A stretch of 64,000 bases of DNA from Candidatus Omnitrophota bacterium. GTDB lineage: Bacteria; Omnitrophota; Gorgyraeia; Duberdicusellales; 4484-171. Numbering within the stretch: the first letter of the stretch is position 1; each line of letters begins with the position of its first letter. A model generated the notes under the pieces. That model did not search any database. It saw nothing but the letters and a program-made list of their open reading frames with translations, and was not told where the DNA came from. Where the stretch lies: positions 647 through 64,646 of the forward strand of contig JAIPHU010000005.1 in the NCBI GenBank assembly GCA_021735045.1, given 5' to 3'. Shown here in pieces: positions 19,370-29,762 of this stretch. Position numbers and translations under genes: made by a program.

Positions 19370-20368
19370 TTATTGTAAAAACCCTACAGTGTCTCTAATC
19401 ACAAGCTTGGGTTCAAGAACTACCTTTTGAGGGGGTGTCTTTTTATCAATAGTTTGTCTTAATATCTTAACAGCTTCTCTGGCCATTTGATCGAGAGGTT
19501 GACGCACAGTAGTCAGCATAAGATCCCGATAAGAAAGGTTTGGATTATCATCAAATCCGATCACACTTAAACTTTGTGGGACTTTGATTGAATTTTCATC
19601 AGCAAAATTTAAAACTTCACTGGCAACTTCATCACTGCAGCAAAAAATGGCAGTAGGTTTTTCTTTAGACGAAAATAATTTATTAAGTTCTTCTCTAGCT
19701 TTAGCTCGAGAGAAATTTATCTGGCAAATAGAATTTCCTTTCTTTTTTATTCCGTTTTTTTCTAAAGCGGCATTAAAACCTTCTACTCTTTGTTTGGCAC
19801 ATTGTACTTCTAGGTCGCCGGCTAAATGAACAATATTTTTATGCCCATGGTTAATTAAAAACTCAGTTGCCTCATAAGCACCCTTATAATTATCTACAGC
19901 TACAAAGCTTATGTCTTTATCAGATATTTTCCGATTTATCACAACCAATGGAACTTTTTCTTTTTTTAATCTTAATAATTGATCTTTATTAGAAATTACA
20001 TCGGCCATAATCACTCCGTCTACCAAAGATGAATTAAAAATATCTTTGTTGCGATATATATTAAGATGCATATCTATTTCTTTTTCATCTAAAGCAACAG
20101 CTACTTCTCTAATTATCTTCAGAGCATAAAAAGAATAAAATATTCCCTCATAGCCAGGAATAATTAAACCAAAAGTATTAAGTTTACCCCCGGCTAATCT
20201 ACGGGCATAAACTAATGGATGATAGTTCAACTCCTCTATAGCTTTTTCAATTTTGCGACGATTTTTTTCGCGTAAACGGATGGACTTATTAATATAACGT
20301 GAAACAGTGGCGATTGATACGCCAGCTTTAGATGCTACTTCTTTAATAGTAACTTTAGATGAAGACAC
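19370..20368 (-). CDS. LacI-family transcriptional regulator
   Basis: 332 aa. N-terminal HTH TIKEVASKAGVSIATVSRYIN, followed by a periplasmic-binding-protein-like effector domain. Confidence 0.85.
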   Translation of the reverse strand: MSSSKVTIKEVASKAGVSIATVSRYINKSIRLREKNRRKIEKAIEELNYHPLVYARRLAGGKLNTFGLIIPGYEGIFYSFYALKIIREVAVALDEKEIDMHLNIYRNKDIFNSSLVDGVIMADVISNKDQLLRLKKEKVPLVVINRKISDKDISFVAVDNYKGAYEATEFLINHGHKNIVHLAGDLEVQCAKQRVEGFNAALEKNGIKKKGNSICQINFSRAKAREELNKLFSSKEKPTAIFCCSDEVASEVLNFADENSIKVPQSLSVIGFDDNPNLSYRDLMLTTVRQPLDQMAREAVKILRQTIDKKTPPQKVVLEPKLVIRDTVGFLQ

Positions 20369-20374
20369 AAAAAC

Positions 20375-21532
20375 CTATCTGCTAATTACGATATCACCTT
20401 CTTGGATATCAAAACTACCTACAACATTTTTTATATCTGCTGCAGATATATTCTTTCTGGTTTCAATCACTTCTAGAGTTGCAATTTCTCTATTGCCTCT
20501 TACGACTTTAAACAAAACACCCGGACTTATTCCAGAAGATTCACCAAGATCAAAAACTACAAATTTTTCCTGAGGGTTAACAGCGATAACTTCTCCTTTT
20601 AACCCTTTTGAGCTTGAAGCTTCCGGCTGTACTACAATAGGAGGCAGCTCTACTGACCCTGAATCACCGGCAACTGTCTCTTTACCTTCTCTTATAGTTT
20701 GATCCAAATCAGCTTGTAATTCCTTAAACGCCAAAGATTTTTCTTGCAAAATACTTTCTGCATTAATTATTTTCTCTTCTAACTTATCTTTCTTATCTAA
20801 AGTTTCTTTAAGTTTATCTTGAAGTTTACCTTTTTGTCTATTAGTAATTATTAACTGCCTTTTTAGGCTACTGGCTTCTTGCCTTATTTTTTTAACCTCT
20901 TGAACCGCCTGGCCTCTTTGACGGCGCTCAGCTACTAGATCCATACTCATAACTCTTAGAGCTCTTTGCTTGGTTTCAACTTCTTGTTTTAATCTATCTT
21001 TCTCTGTTTTAAGTGCATCGAGAGTTAAACTTAACTCTTTGTTCTCATTTTTAAGCTGCGAAACTTGACTCTTAGTATCAAGCAACTGCCGTTTAAGATT
21101 ATCAACTTTAGCTTCTAGCTCAACCTTTTTCTGGATGAAATCGGCCCAATAGTCATCACTTTTACCTGGACTAACTGTATCCTTAGCTACACTAACACCT
21201 TGTTGTTTTTCTTTAAGTTTTTCTGCTAGCTGATCCCTTTCTTGAGCCACTTGCTGATATTTACTTTTTAGTTTATTCCTTTCCTGCTCTATTTGAGAAA
21301 GCTTTTGATTTACAGTATTAATCCTTTGGCTCAACTCCCTATTTTTTTGGTTTTCTCTTTGATACTTTTGTTTTAAGTTGCTTTTTTCTCTTTCTAGGGA
21401 ACTATTAATACTTTTTAATTTTTGGTTATTTGTTTTCAATTGCATATTCTGCGCATAAAAGTTATAGGCCACAAACCCTACTCCCAAAATAATGACCAAT
21501 AAAACTATAGGAACAACTTTTGTTTTATCCAT
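20375..21532 (-). CDS. membrane-anchored long coiled-coil protein with a C-terminal beta-rich domain (uncharacterised)
   Basis: 385 aa. N-terminal TM helix (VVPIVLLVIILGVGFVAYNF), ~300 aa of K/E/Q-rich heptad coiled coil, then a ~70-aa beta-rich C-terminus (GEVIAVNPQEKFVVFDLGESSGISPGVLFKVVRG...IQEGDIVISR). No family recognised. Confidence 0.5.
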   Translation of the reverse strand: MDKTKVVPIVLLVIILGVGFVAYNFYAQNMQLKTNNQKLKSINSSLEREKSNLKQKYQRENQKNRELSQRINTVNQKLSQIEQERNKLKSKYQQVAQERDQLAEKLKEKQQGVSVAKDTVSPGKSDDYWADFIQKKVELEAKVDNLKRQLLDTKSQVSQLKNENKELSLTLDALKTEKDRLKQEVETKQRALRVMSMDLVAERRQRGQAVQEVKKIRQEASSLKRQLIITNRQKGKLQDKLKETLDKKDKLEEKIINAESILQEKSLAFKELQADLDQTIREGKETVAGDSGSVELPPIVVQPEASSSKGLKGEVIAVNPQEKFVVFDLGESSGISPGVLFKVVRGNREIATLEVIETRKNISAADIKNVVGSFDIQEGDIVISR

Positions 21533-21624
21533 TAATTCCTCCCCCTTTTATATCTTTGTTTTTTCTAATTATATCATTGCACATAATGAGTGTAAAGAAG
21601 TTTGTTACAATAACTTATAAAATA

Positions 21625-24285
21625 TTAAAACTTTTTCCGGTAATAGACTCTAAATATGTGTTGAGTGTCTAAGGTCGGCACTCCTCCTCCAAAAGGAGTA
21701 TAAGTTGATTCTAAAATTCCACCGGTATTGCCAACACCATATTGAGCAATAAGCTCACTTGTCTCTTCTAACCTAAACCTTACTTCTGAAAATACTGTAT
21801 GATGAGTACGTTTAACTACGCGGCTATCATTATTTAATTCGGATAGATCATTCACTTTAGAATACACATATCTTAGATAAAAACCAATTTTTTCATTAGG
21901 TAAGTAACTAGCTGAAACTCCGATATGATTCATATTCTCATCGATAATTTGAGCCCAATAATATTCATTACGGGTATAATCAAGATAGAGATTAATTTTA
22001 TCTGTAGGCCTAAACCCTAAGCCAACTTTAAAGATATCAAAATAAGGATAAGGAGGTAAAGGAAAATACTGATTGTTATAGACTTGATGAACTTCTTGAT
22101 AAAAAGTGTTATTATCTTCGGTGGTAGTAGTCCACCAATCTACACTATTTAAAATGCTTCTGGGAAAATTATCGTAAGCTAAAGTTACATCATTGGAATG
22201 TTCCCAGCTAAAATTTAAGTTCAGCCACTTAAAAAAATCATAGTTAGCACCCAACCCAACAGTTTTTAAAGAAGGGTCTTTTCCATCTTCTATCTTATCG
22301 TTATTATAATAATCACCAGTTTGCGGGTCAAATATAAAAGGGTCAATTCCTGCTGTTGTATCCGGCATTTTTTGATAGATACCTAAAAATTTTGTAGTCA
22401 GTTTATCAGTTAATTTAAATTGCCCTTCCAATCTGGCAACATTCTCAAGAAACTTTCCATTCACATCATGAACATTGCGAACATCAAATAAAGCATCTAA
22501 TCTATCATCGAGTAAGTTTTCCCACTCCACCCTTAAACTAATTACATCTCTGCCATAATCAATCCCATCTCCAATTCTAAAAGGTTCCACATCATCCCAG
22601 CTTAATGACGGGCCATATAAACCTCCCATACGATAAGAATCAAAAGGTTCGCGAAAAGTAATGTGTCTTGACCAATATTCATCATCTCTAGTTTGACGGT
22701 AACTAGCTAAAGCACTTTCAAAGCCTTGATCCATATGAGTCAAAGATAATCTCAACTTATAAAAAGGTTCATTTTTTTCTGGCTGCACCCCAAAATAATC
22801 TTTACTAAAAACTCCGCTTGATGAATTAACTAGACTAACATGAAAGGCATTACCTCGTTTTTCAGTTTCATAGTCTGAAGTTCTATCGGCTTCGGTATAA
22901 GAAGTAAGACCCTCCAGTAAAAGTTCTGTGTTTTCTCCTAAACCAATATTTGCATCTAAGCCAAACACATTATTAAACACATCTAAAGCTCTTTGGTTAT
23001 AGCCAAACTTTCCCCCGTAGGTAAACCCTAAAACAATATTATCTAAATTCAGGTATTTTGCCCTTAAAGCAGACTCCCAAGTATTAAAACTACCATAGTC
23101 TTGCCAAAGTTCTTTTGGAGAAGCTGCTGTAAAATCAATATTTGCACCGCCTAAATCATAATTTAGTGCAAACCCACGCAAAGTCGTAAGGCGAGTCCCA
23201 GAAGAATCACGAGTATAATAAGCTAAAGCATCATCAAATTTACCTTTATAATATCCGACAGGAGCTGCCCCTGACTCTAAAATACCCGGCTCCCAATTCA
23301 CTAGCCATTGAGATTCTTCCCAATAGGTTCTATTTCCGGTAATTTTAAGAGGGTCATCAGAGATATAGTCAGCATCTTCTAAAGCAGCCGGAAATACCTT
23401 CAAACTCAACGGATCACCTTGATAACTAAACTCTAACTCTCGAAGCGGCCAAAAATCTCGATTAATTTCTAATTCAGGAATATCAAAAGTATTACCATAC
23501 ATACCTTCTACAGTCACAGGATGAACTTTTCCATCAACTACTTTTACCTCCGGCAAATTAAAAGAGTCCGCTAAAAGATTAGTATTTACTGACTGGTTTA
23601 CAGTATAACGGTCATTAGACCAGTACAAATACTGAATATCTGCGCTATCGCCACCTGCACTAACAGTAACTTTATTACTCTTGCCAATAAAACTCCAGGG
23701 GCTAATATCAAAATTACCATAAAATCCCCAGCCTTGCTCTTGAGGATAGTCCAGCTGGAATGATAAGCGGCTAAAAATTGCCGGGTCAAAACTATTTTCC
23801 CGCCGGTTATAAGCAGTATCGCTTAAAATGCGCCAATTTTCTTCATTTAAATCAGCATTGGCTCTCTTCCAGATAGTTTCACCTGATTCTACCCCAAAAC
23901 TTAATTGGTAGTCACCGCTTAGGGATAGTTTAGATTCTTTTTCTTCTGTTTTATTTGCTTTATTAAGAAGAGATTTACCTGAAGAAACTTTATCTTTCTT
24001 TTTTACTATTTTTTGTCCAGGCTTTTTTGCAACAGCTGTCTCCGACTCAGAGTACTTATCCAAAGCTTTCTCTATTTCTTGCTGTCTGATTTGATTCAGA
24101 TACTCCTTAGCTTTTTCATTGGCAGGATTAACTTGAAGCGCTTTTTCAAACTCAGCCTTTGCTTCCTGAAACAACCCCTGATTGATATATTCCTGGCCGA
24201 TCTCCACTAAATAAACATCTACGGAATCAGCAAAAGCTAAGGGCAAGCAAAAAATAATAACTAAAAAAAATAATATTTTTTTCAT
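21625..24285 (-). CDS. large outer-membrane beta-barrel protein with N-terminal TPR-like region (uncharacterised)
   Basis: 886 aa. Signal peptide MKKILFFLVIIFCLPLAFA, a TPR-like helical segment, a K/E-rich linker, then ~700 aa rich in Y/W/N/D/G ending in the outer-membrane beta-signal ...RVYYRKKF (terminal Phe). Confidence 0.5.
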   Translation of the reverse strand: MKKILFFLVIIFCLPLAFADSVDVYLVEIGQEYINQGLFQEAKAEFEKALQVNPANEKAKEYLNQIRQQEIEKALDKYSESETAVAKKPGQKIVKKKDKVSSGKSLLNKANKTEEKESKLSLSGDYQLSFGVESGETIWKRANADLNEENWRILSDTAYNRRENSFDPAIFSRLSFQLDYPQEQGWGFYGNFDISPWSFIGKSNKVTVSAGGDSADIQYLYWSNDRYTVNQSVNTNLLADSFNLPEVKVVDGKVHPVTVEGMYGNTFDIPELEINRDFWPLRELEFSYQGDPLSLKVFPAALEDADYISDDPLKITGNRTYWEESQWLVNWEPGILESGAAPVGYYKGKFDDALAYYTRDSSGTRLTTLRGFALNYDLGGANIDFTAASPKELWQDYGSFNTWESALRAKYLNLDNIVLGFTYGGKFGYNQRALDVFNNVFGLDANIGLGENTELLLEGLTSYTEADRTSDYETEKRGNAFHVSLVNSSSGVFSKDYFGVQPEKNEPFYKLRLSLTHMDQGFESALASYRQTRDDEYWSRHITFREPFDSYRMGGLYGPSLSWDDVEPFRIGDGIDYGRDVISLRVEWENLLDDRLDALFDVRNVHDVNGKFLENVARLEGQFKLTDKLTTKFLGIYQKMPDTTAGIDPFIFDPQTGDYYNNDKIEDGKDPSLKTVGLGANYDFFKWLNLNFSWEHSNDVTLAYDNFPRSILNSVDWWTTTTEDNNTFYQEVHQVYNNQYFPLPPYPYFDIFKVGLGFRPTDKINLYLDYTRNEYYWAQIIDENMNHIGVSASYLPNEKIGFYLRYVYSKVNDLSELNNDSRVVKRTHHTVFSEVRFRLEETSELIAQYGVGNTGGILESTYTPFGGGVPTLDTQHIFRVYYRKKF

Positions 24286-24292
24286 TTGCTTT

Positions 24293-24321
24293 ATTCTATC
24301 AAAAAAAGTAAACGCTTACAA
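24293..24321 (-). promoter_or_regulatory. promoter TTGTAA-N17-TAGAAT positioned for a leaderless outer-membrane-protein transcript
   Basis: On the minus strand, TTGTAA (complement of 24316-24321), 17 nt, TAGAAT (complement of 24293-24298), then AAAGCAA (7 nt) before the ATG at 24283-24285. No SD. Confidence 0.4.
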
Positions 24322-24404
24322 TATCTATTTGCAACCTTTACTGTCATTGTTAGCAGGTAAGAACTTGTAGAGTGTCCCCAAATGGCTAAAAGTAGGACGT
24401 CTGC

Positions 24405-25346
24405 TTACTTGTTAAAGATTTTATCTTTATTGGTATTTTCTGAAGGGCGCGACTTCCAGCGGCGATGAACCCAGCTCCAGTGCTCGGGCCGTTGCCTTAT
24501 CCAGCCTTCGATAATTTTAGTAAACTCAGCGGCATTAATTAATATTGTTTCATTTTTATCCTTGCCTAAAGTTAACTCTTTCTCCGGACACACCTTTAGG
24601 CAATGCTCTTTTTCTTTTAATCTATATATATAAGAAGGTATCAGCGCTGCTTTGGTCCGTAAAGACAAAATTATCGGCCCAGTTGGAGTTGCCGCTAATT
24701 TATTAAAAAATTTGACCCAAACCCCGCCAGTGCCAAAGTTTTGGTCCATAAGTATAATCACTATCTCATTATTAGCTAAAGCATTAATTATCCCCGCCAC
24801 ACAAGCCCGGCGCGGATAAACCGAGATACTCTTTACTCCAGCATCTGTTCTTAATTTATGAAAATGTGCTTCTGCGTATTTATCCCGCATTGGCCGGGCA
24901 ACAAGATTAACCGGATAACCTTCTGCTGCCAGGCGCAAACTCATCAAAGGAAAGTTGCCATAATGAGCCGTAACTAAAATCGCTCCTTTGCCTTTGGCTA
25001 AAGCCTGATCTAGATTTTCTTTACCCTTAATTTTTACCGTCCCATGAAGTTCTTTTATATTATTGAGGTAATAGATAAGTTCAAAGCCTCCTTCGGCAAT
25101 AAAGACAAAAAACTGTTTAGCAATTTTTTCTCTTTGGCTCAAAGAATAGTTTGGAAAAGCAATGGCAAGGCTATTTAAAGCAATTTTTCGATGGCGGGAT
25201 AAAACCAAATAGGCTAAGGAACCTAGGATTTTACCTAAAAGCAAATTTATACTAAGCGGTGCTACTCCGGACAAAAAAGTAAAAGATTTGATAAAACACA
25301 ATCCAACTTTTCTTCTTAATAACTTCTTTTTTTCTTTTTTATTCAT
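24405..25346 (-). CDS. lipid A biosynthesis lauroyl/myristoyl acyltransferase family (LpxL/HtrB-like)
   Basis: 313 aa. N-terminal membrane anchor and an LPLAT-family acyltransferase fold resembling Kdo2-lipid IVA late acyltransferases. Confidence 0.7.
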   Translation of the reverse strand: MNKKEKKKLLRRKVGLCFIKSFTFLSGVAPLSINLLLGKILGSLAYLVLSRHRKIALNSLAIAFPNYSLSQREKIAKQFFVFIAEGGFELIYYLNNIKELHGTVKIKGKENLDQALAKGKGAILVTAHYGNFPLMSLRLAAEGYPVNLVARPMRDKYAEAHFHKLRTDAGVKSISVYPRRACVAGIINALANNEIVIILMDQNFGTGGVWVKFFNKLAATPTGPIILSLRTKAALIPSYIYRLKEKEHCLKVCPEKELTLGKDKNETILINAAEFTKIIEGWIRQRPEHWSWVHRRWKSRPSENTNKDKIFNK

Positions 25347-25378
25347 AGAAAATGATTATAGCAAAGGCTTGTTTTTAA

Positions 25379-26857
25379 TCAAGCCTTTTGGCTTAGGTAA
25401 AAGTTCCTTTTTTTAAAAAATATAACTGTTAAAAAAATAAAAGAAACTAAAACAAACCATCCCTTTCTTCTGTTATAAAAACTTCTCTTTTTACTAGTGA
25501 GAACCTGAAAGTCTTCTTTAGCCTGAATAAACAGGCTGTCTTTATTCTTTTTTAACTTAGTTATATGCCCTTTCGGAGAAACCCATCCGCTAATTCCACT
25601 ATTTGCAGCTCTAACTATCGATATTCGATTTTCTACGGCCCGCAGGACCATAATTGATAGATGTTGTGTTGCCTCCGGCTCCCCATGGAACCAACTATCA
25701 TCAGTTATATTTAATAAAAAATCTTTATCTTCAGCTACCCCTGCCACATAATAAGGGAAAACATCTTCAAAACAGATCAGAGTGGCAAAATCTTTATTCT
25801 GATAAGAAAAGATCTTTTTTTCTTTGCCTGGAATAATATCACCGATACTGTTTAATACTTTGATAAATTTTAAATATTTTCTCAAAGGAACATACTCACC
25901 AAAAGGAACTAACTTTATTTTATCATATAGCTGGACCAATCTTGCTTCCGAGTTAAAGAATAAAGCAGAGTTATAGTGCTTTTTACCTTTTTTAGTAATT
26001 GCACCGATGATAATATTTCTTTTATTTCTTCGAACAAACTTATCAATTAACTGAATGTTTTTTCTATCCAAAAGATAAGGCCAGGCTGCTTCGGGTAATA
26101 CAATTAAACTTTCTTTTGGGGTTGCTTTTATAAAAACAGATAAACTTTTTAAAATTTCTTTTTTTTCATCTGGAGTTATGAATTGTTTTTCTAATATATT
26201 CGGTTGAATTAATGAAACGGTTATCTTTTCTTCTGGTTCAACTTTTTTAAGCCGGTAGGATGAATACGCAGTTACCACTACAAAAATAAGTAAGAGAAAA
26301 AACAGATTCTTTATTATCCCTCTATAATGATTTTTGGAGTCTTTATTTTTGTTTCTATAAAAAACTATTGTTTCCCAAATTAAAAAGTTTATCAATACAA
26401 TAGTAAAGCTAATTAACTTTATTCCACCAATATCAGCAATTTGGATTAAATAGAGGTTATTAAATTGAGAGTAACCTAAATTCCCCCAGCTAAATCCACA
26501 CCAAATACTTTCTTTTAAAAATTCAACTACCACCCAAGCAGCTGGAATAGCTAACTGACGTAAGGGCCTTTTTATAAAAAAGGTGCTTAATAAATAAAAA
26601 ATTAAGTAAAACAGAGATAAATAAATTATAAGCAGGACAAACCCTAATACAGACACATAAGCTACCCAATAAAGCGTTAGGCCGTAGTAGGTAGTCCCAA
26701 ATATTAAAAAATAGGTAGCCCCCTTTAACGAGGCTTTTTTGTTTAATAAATAAAAAAACGGGATAAGGGAAATCCAAATTAAAAAAGAAAAGGAAGGAAG
26801 GTTGAAGCTTAAAGCAACTCCTAAACCACTTATTATCGCTAAAGCTATCTTTTTCAT
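25379..26857 (-). CDS. lnt: apolipoprotein N-acyltransferase
   Basis: 492 aa. Multi-TM N-terminal region plus a CN-hydrolase domain (catalytic region around ...TLICFED...). Confidence 0.85.
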   Translation of the reverse strand: MKKIALAIISGLGVALSFNLPSFSFLIWISLIPFFYLLNKKASLKGATYFLIFGTTYYGLTLYWVAYVSVLGFVLLIIYLSLFYLIFYLLSTFFIKRPLRQLAIPAAWVVVEFLKESIWCGFSWGNLGYSQFNNLYLIQIADIGGIKLISFTIVLINFLIWETIVFYRNKNKDSKNHYRGIIKNLFFLLLIFVVVTAYSSYRLKKVEPEEKITVSLIQPNILEKQFITPDEKKEILKSLSVFIKATPKESLIVLPEAAWPYLLDRKNIQLIDKFVRRNKRNIIIGAITKKGKKHYNSALFFNSEARLVQLYDKIKLVPFGEYVPLRKYLKFIKVLNSIGDIIPGKEKKIFSYQNKDFATLICFEDVFPYYVAGVAEDKDFLLNITDDSWFHGEPEATQHLSIMVLRAVENRISIVRAANSGISGWVSPKGHITKLKKNKDSLFIQAKEDFQVLTSKKRSFYNRRKGWFVLVSFIFLTVIFFKKRNFYLSQKA

Positions 26858-26891
26858 CTATCTATAGACTTTTGACTATGGACTATGGACT

Positions 26892-29735
26892 TTATCTGCC
26901 GCAACATTTTTTGTATTTTTTACCCGAACCGCAAGGACACGGATCATTCCGGCCTACTTTCTTACCTGCCGCTTTAGGTGTTTTTGGTTTCTTTTTGGTA
27001 GGTTCTTTTTTTCTTAAAGGCGAGTATTTAGAGTGGACAAAGCTTGTTTGGCCCTCAGTAAAAACTTCGCGTTTTTGCTCAGGTTTAATTTTTGCCTTAT
27101 AGATTAAATCTACCACCTTCTCCTTGATTGAACCAATCATTTCTTGAAAAGCAAAAAAAGTCTCTTTTTGATATTCTACCAAAGGATCAGCTTGGGCATG
27201 GCCCCGGAGATGGATACCTTCTTTTAGATGATCCAACACCAAAAGATGTTCTTTCCATTTTGAATCTAGGGCCCAAAGGCAAACCATCTTCTCCAGCTGA
27301 CGAATTTCTTCACCAGCCTGTTTTTCTTTTTCCCGGTAAAGTCCGTGTACTTTTTCTTTTATAAAACTAACCGCGGTTTCTTTTTCTAAATCCGGTAACT
27401 GCTTAAGATCTAACTCTAGATTAAACTTTGACTTAATCCACCCAGATAAACCCAAAATATCCTTTTCTTGGTCAAGGTAAAAAGGCACATTCTTTTCAAC
27501 CACCTCGTCGGTCATATCAAAAACCATCTCACTGATATTACTGCTTTCTAAGATCTCTCTTCTTTGATTATAAATGACCTCTCGCTGTTTATTCATTATA
27601 TTGTCATACTGAAGAAGTTGCTTCCTAATCTCAAAGTTATGCCCTTCAACTCTTTTTTGAGCAACTGCCAAAGACCTAGTAATCATTCCATGCTCGATCG
27701 GCTGATCTTCAGGAAAACCCAAGGTATCCATCAATCCATAGATACGCTCTGAGCCAAAAAGACGCATCAGGTCATCTTCTAAAGAAACATAAAACCGAGA
27801 AGACCCAGGATCACCCTGCCTACCGGCCCGGCCGCGAAGCTGATTATCAATCCTGCGTGCTTCATGACGCTGGGAGCCAATTATATGAAGCCCGCCAACT
27901 TCTACAACTTTTTGATGTTCTTTTCCAAACTCATCCTTGTAGCGCTTATAGATTTCTTGGTATTTGACTTCATATTTTTCTTCTTCAGGATTAATATTAT
28001 TTCGCTTTAACACATCTTTTATAAAGTAATCCAGATTTCCCCCTAAAACAATATCCGTACCTCTTCCGGCCATATTGGTAGCAATAGTTACAGCTCCCAC
28101 CTTACCGGCTTGAGCTATAATCTGAGCTTCCTTTTGGTGGTGCTTAGCATTTAATATATTATGAGAAATTCCTTTTTTGGATAAAAGAAAAGATAAAGTT
28201 TCTGAATCTTCTATAGATGTTGTTCCTACCAATACCGGCCTTTTTTGGTTATTGCACTCACAAATTTCTTCGATAACTGAATCAAATTTTGCTCTTTTTG
28301 TTTTATATATTCTATCAGGATAATTACTTCTAATTAAAGGTTTATTAGTAGGGATAACATCAACATCAAGTTTGTAGATATGCCTAAACTCTTTAGCTTC
28401 AGTATAGGCTGTCCCGGTCATTCCGGCTAACTTATCATACATTCTAAAATAGTTCTGTAGGGTAACTGTAGCAAGGGTTTGGCTTTCTCTTTGTATATTG
28501 AGGCCTTCTTTAGCTTCAACCGCCTGATGCAAACCATCAGACCAACGCCGGCCCGGCATAAGACGGCCAGTAAACTCATCTACGATCATAACCTTACCTT
28601 CTTTTACAATATATTCTTTTTCACGCTGAAATAACCGATGAGCTCTAAGGCTTTGATTAATATAATGCATCCAGGGATTAGATTGTTTATCAGGAGCCTC
28701 GTCATTAATATTACCTATTCCTAATAAACGTTCACACTTTTTCTCTCCGGCGGGAGTAAGGAAGGTATTGCCAGTTTTTTCTTCAGCTATTGCATCAAAA
28801 TTCTTTTCTAGCTCTTCTGGACTGATTTTAGTTTGCGTTCCATCTTTACTTTTTATAGTTACAGTTTCATCTTTATTCTCAAAACTTTGAATGATTTCTT
28901 TTATCTTAAGCTGTCTAACTGCTTTATCGGCTAAATAATATTTTTCAACAAAAGTGTCAGCTGGCCCAGAAATAATCAGGGGAGTCCTTGCCTCGTCTAT
29001 TAAGATTGAATCTACTTCATCGACAATCGAATAAAAATGCCCCCGCTGAACCATATCGTCTAGGTCGCCTACCATATTATCTCTTAGGTAATCAAAGCCA
29101 AACTCATTATTTGTTCCATAAGTTATATCACAACCATAAGCTCTTTTTTTATCCGGCTTGTCCATCTCACTTTGTATTACCCCGACGGTCAACCCTAAAA
29201 ATTGATAAATAGGGCCCATCCATTCAGCATCCCTTTTTGCTAAATAGTCATTTACAGTGACAATATGGACTCCCCGTCCGACTAAAGCATTCAAGGAAGC
29301 TGCTAAAGTAGCAACTAAAGTTTTTCCTTCCCCAGTAACCATTTCTGCTATTTTATTTTTATGTAATACAATCCCCCCGATAATTTGGACATCAAAATGA
29401 CGCATTCCTACAGTTCGTCTAGCAGCTTCCCGCACTAAAGCAAAGTAAAAAGGCAAAATCCCATCAAGGATATTTTCTCTTTCTTTAGGTTCAGCTTTAT
29501 CAGTTAATTTATTTTTTATTAATTTCCTAAACTCTAAGGTCTTTTCTTTAAAATAAGAATCCGGCTTATTAATTAATTCTGATTCGAAAGAATTAACCTT
29601 ACTAGTTATCGGAGCCAGATGGGCAACCTCTCTTACCGAAGGAGCAGGTAACTCTTTATTCAACAAAATATTGACCTTTGGTTCTAACTTATTAATTTTT
29701 TTCTGCGCCTTTCTAAAAATAAAGCCTCTTAACAT
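26892..29735 (-). CDS. secA: preprotein translocase ATPase SecA
   Basis: 947 aa. DEAD-like motor motifs and a C-terminal zinc finger CPCGSGKKYKKCCG. Confidence 0.95.
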   Translation of the reverse strand: MLRGFIFRKAQKKINKLEPKVNILLNKELPAPSVREVAHLAPITSKVNSFESELINKPDSYFKEKTLEFRKLIKNKLTDKAEPKERENILDGILPFYFALVREAARRTVGMRHFDVQIIGGIVLHKNKIAEMVTGEGKTLVATLAASLNALVGRGVHIVTVNDYLAKRDAEWMGPIYQFLGLTVGVIQSEMDKPDKKRAYGCDITYGTNNEFGFDYLRDNMVGDLDDMVQRGHFYSIVDEVDSILIDEARTPLIISGPADTFVEKYYLADKAVRQLKIKEIIQSFENKDETVTIKSKDGTQTKISPEELEKNFDAIAEEKTGNTFLTPAGEKKCERLLGIGNINDEAPDKQSNPWMHYINQSLRAHRLFQREKEYIVKEGKVMIVDEFTGRLMPGRRWSDGLHQAVEAKEGLNIQRESQTLATVTLQNYFRMYDKLAGMTGTAYTEAKEFRHIYKLDVDVIPTNKPLIRSNYPDRIYKTKRAKFDSVIEEICECNNQKRPVLVGTTSIEDSETLSFLLSKKGISHNILNAKHHQKEAQIIAQAGKVGAVTIATNMAGRGTDIVLGGNLDYFIKDVLKRNNINPEEEKYEVKYQEIYKRYKDEFGKEHQKVVEVGGLHIIGSQRHEARRIDNQLRGRAGRQGDPGSSRFYVSLEDDLMRLFGSERIYGLMDTLGFPEDQPIEHGMITRSLAVAQKRVEGHNFEIRKQLLQYDNIMNKQREVIYNQRREILESSNISEMVFDMTDEVVEKNVPFYLDQEKDILGLSGWIKSKFNLELDLKQLPDLEKETAVSFIKEKVHGLYREKEKQAGEEIRQLEKMVCLWALDSKWKEHLLVLDHLKEGIHLRGHAQADPLVEYQKETFFAFQEMIGSIKEKVVDLIYKAKIKPEQKREVFTEGQTSFVHSKYSPLRKKEPTKKKPKTPKAAGKKVGRNDPCPCGSGKKYKKCCGR

Positions 29736-29762
29736 CTTAATTTTCTCCTCATCTTCTAACTT

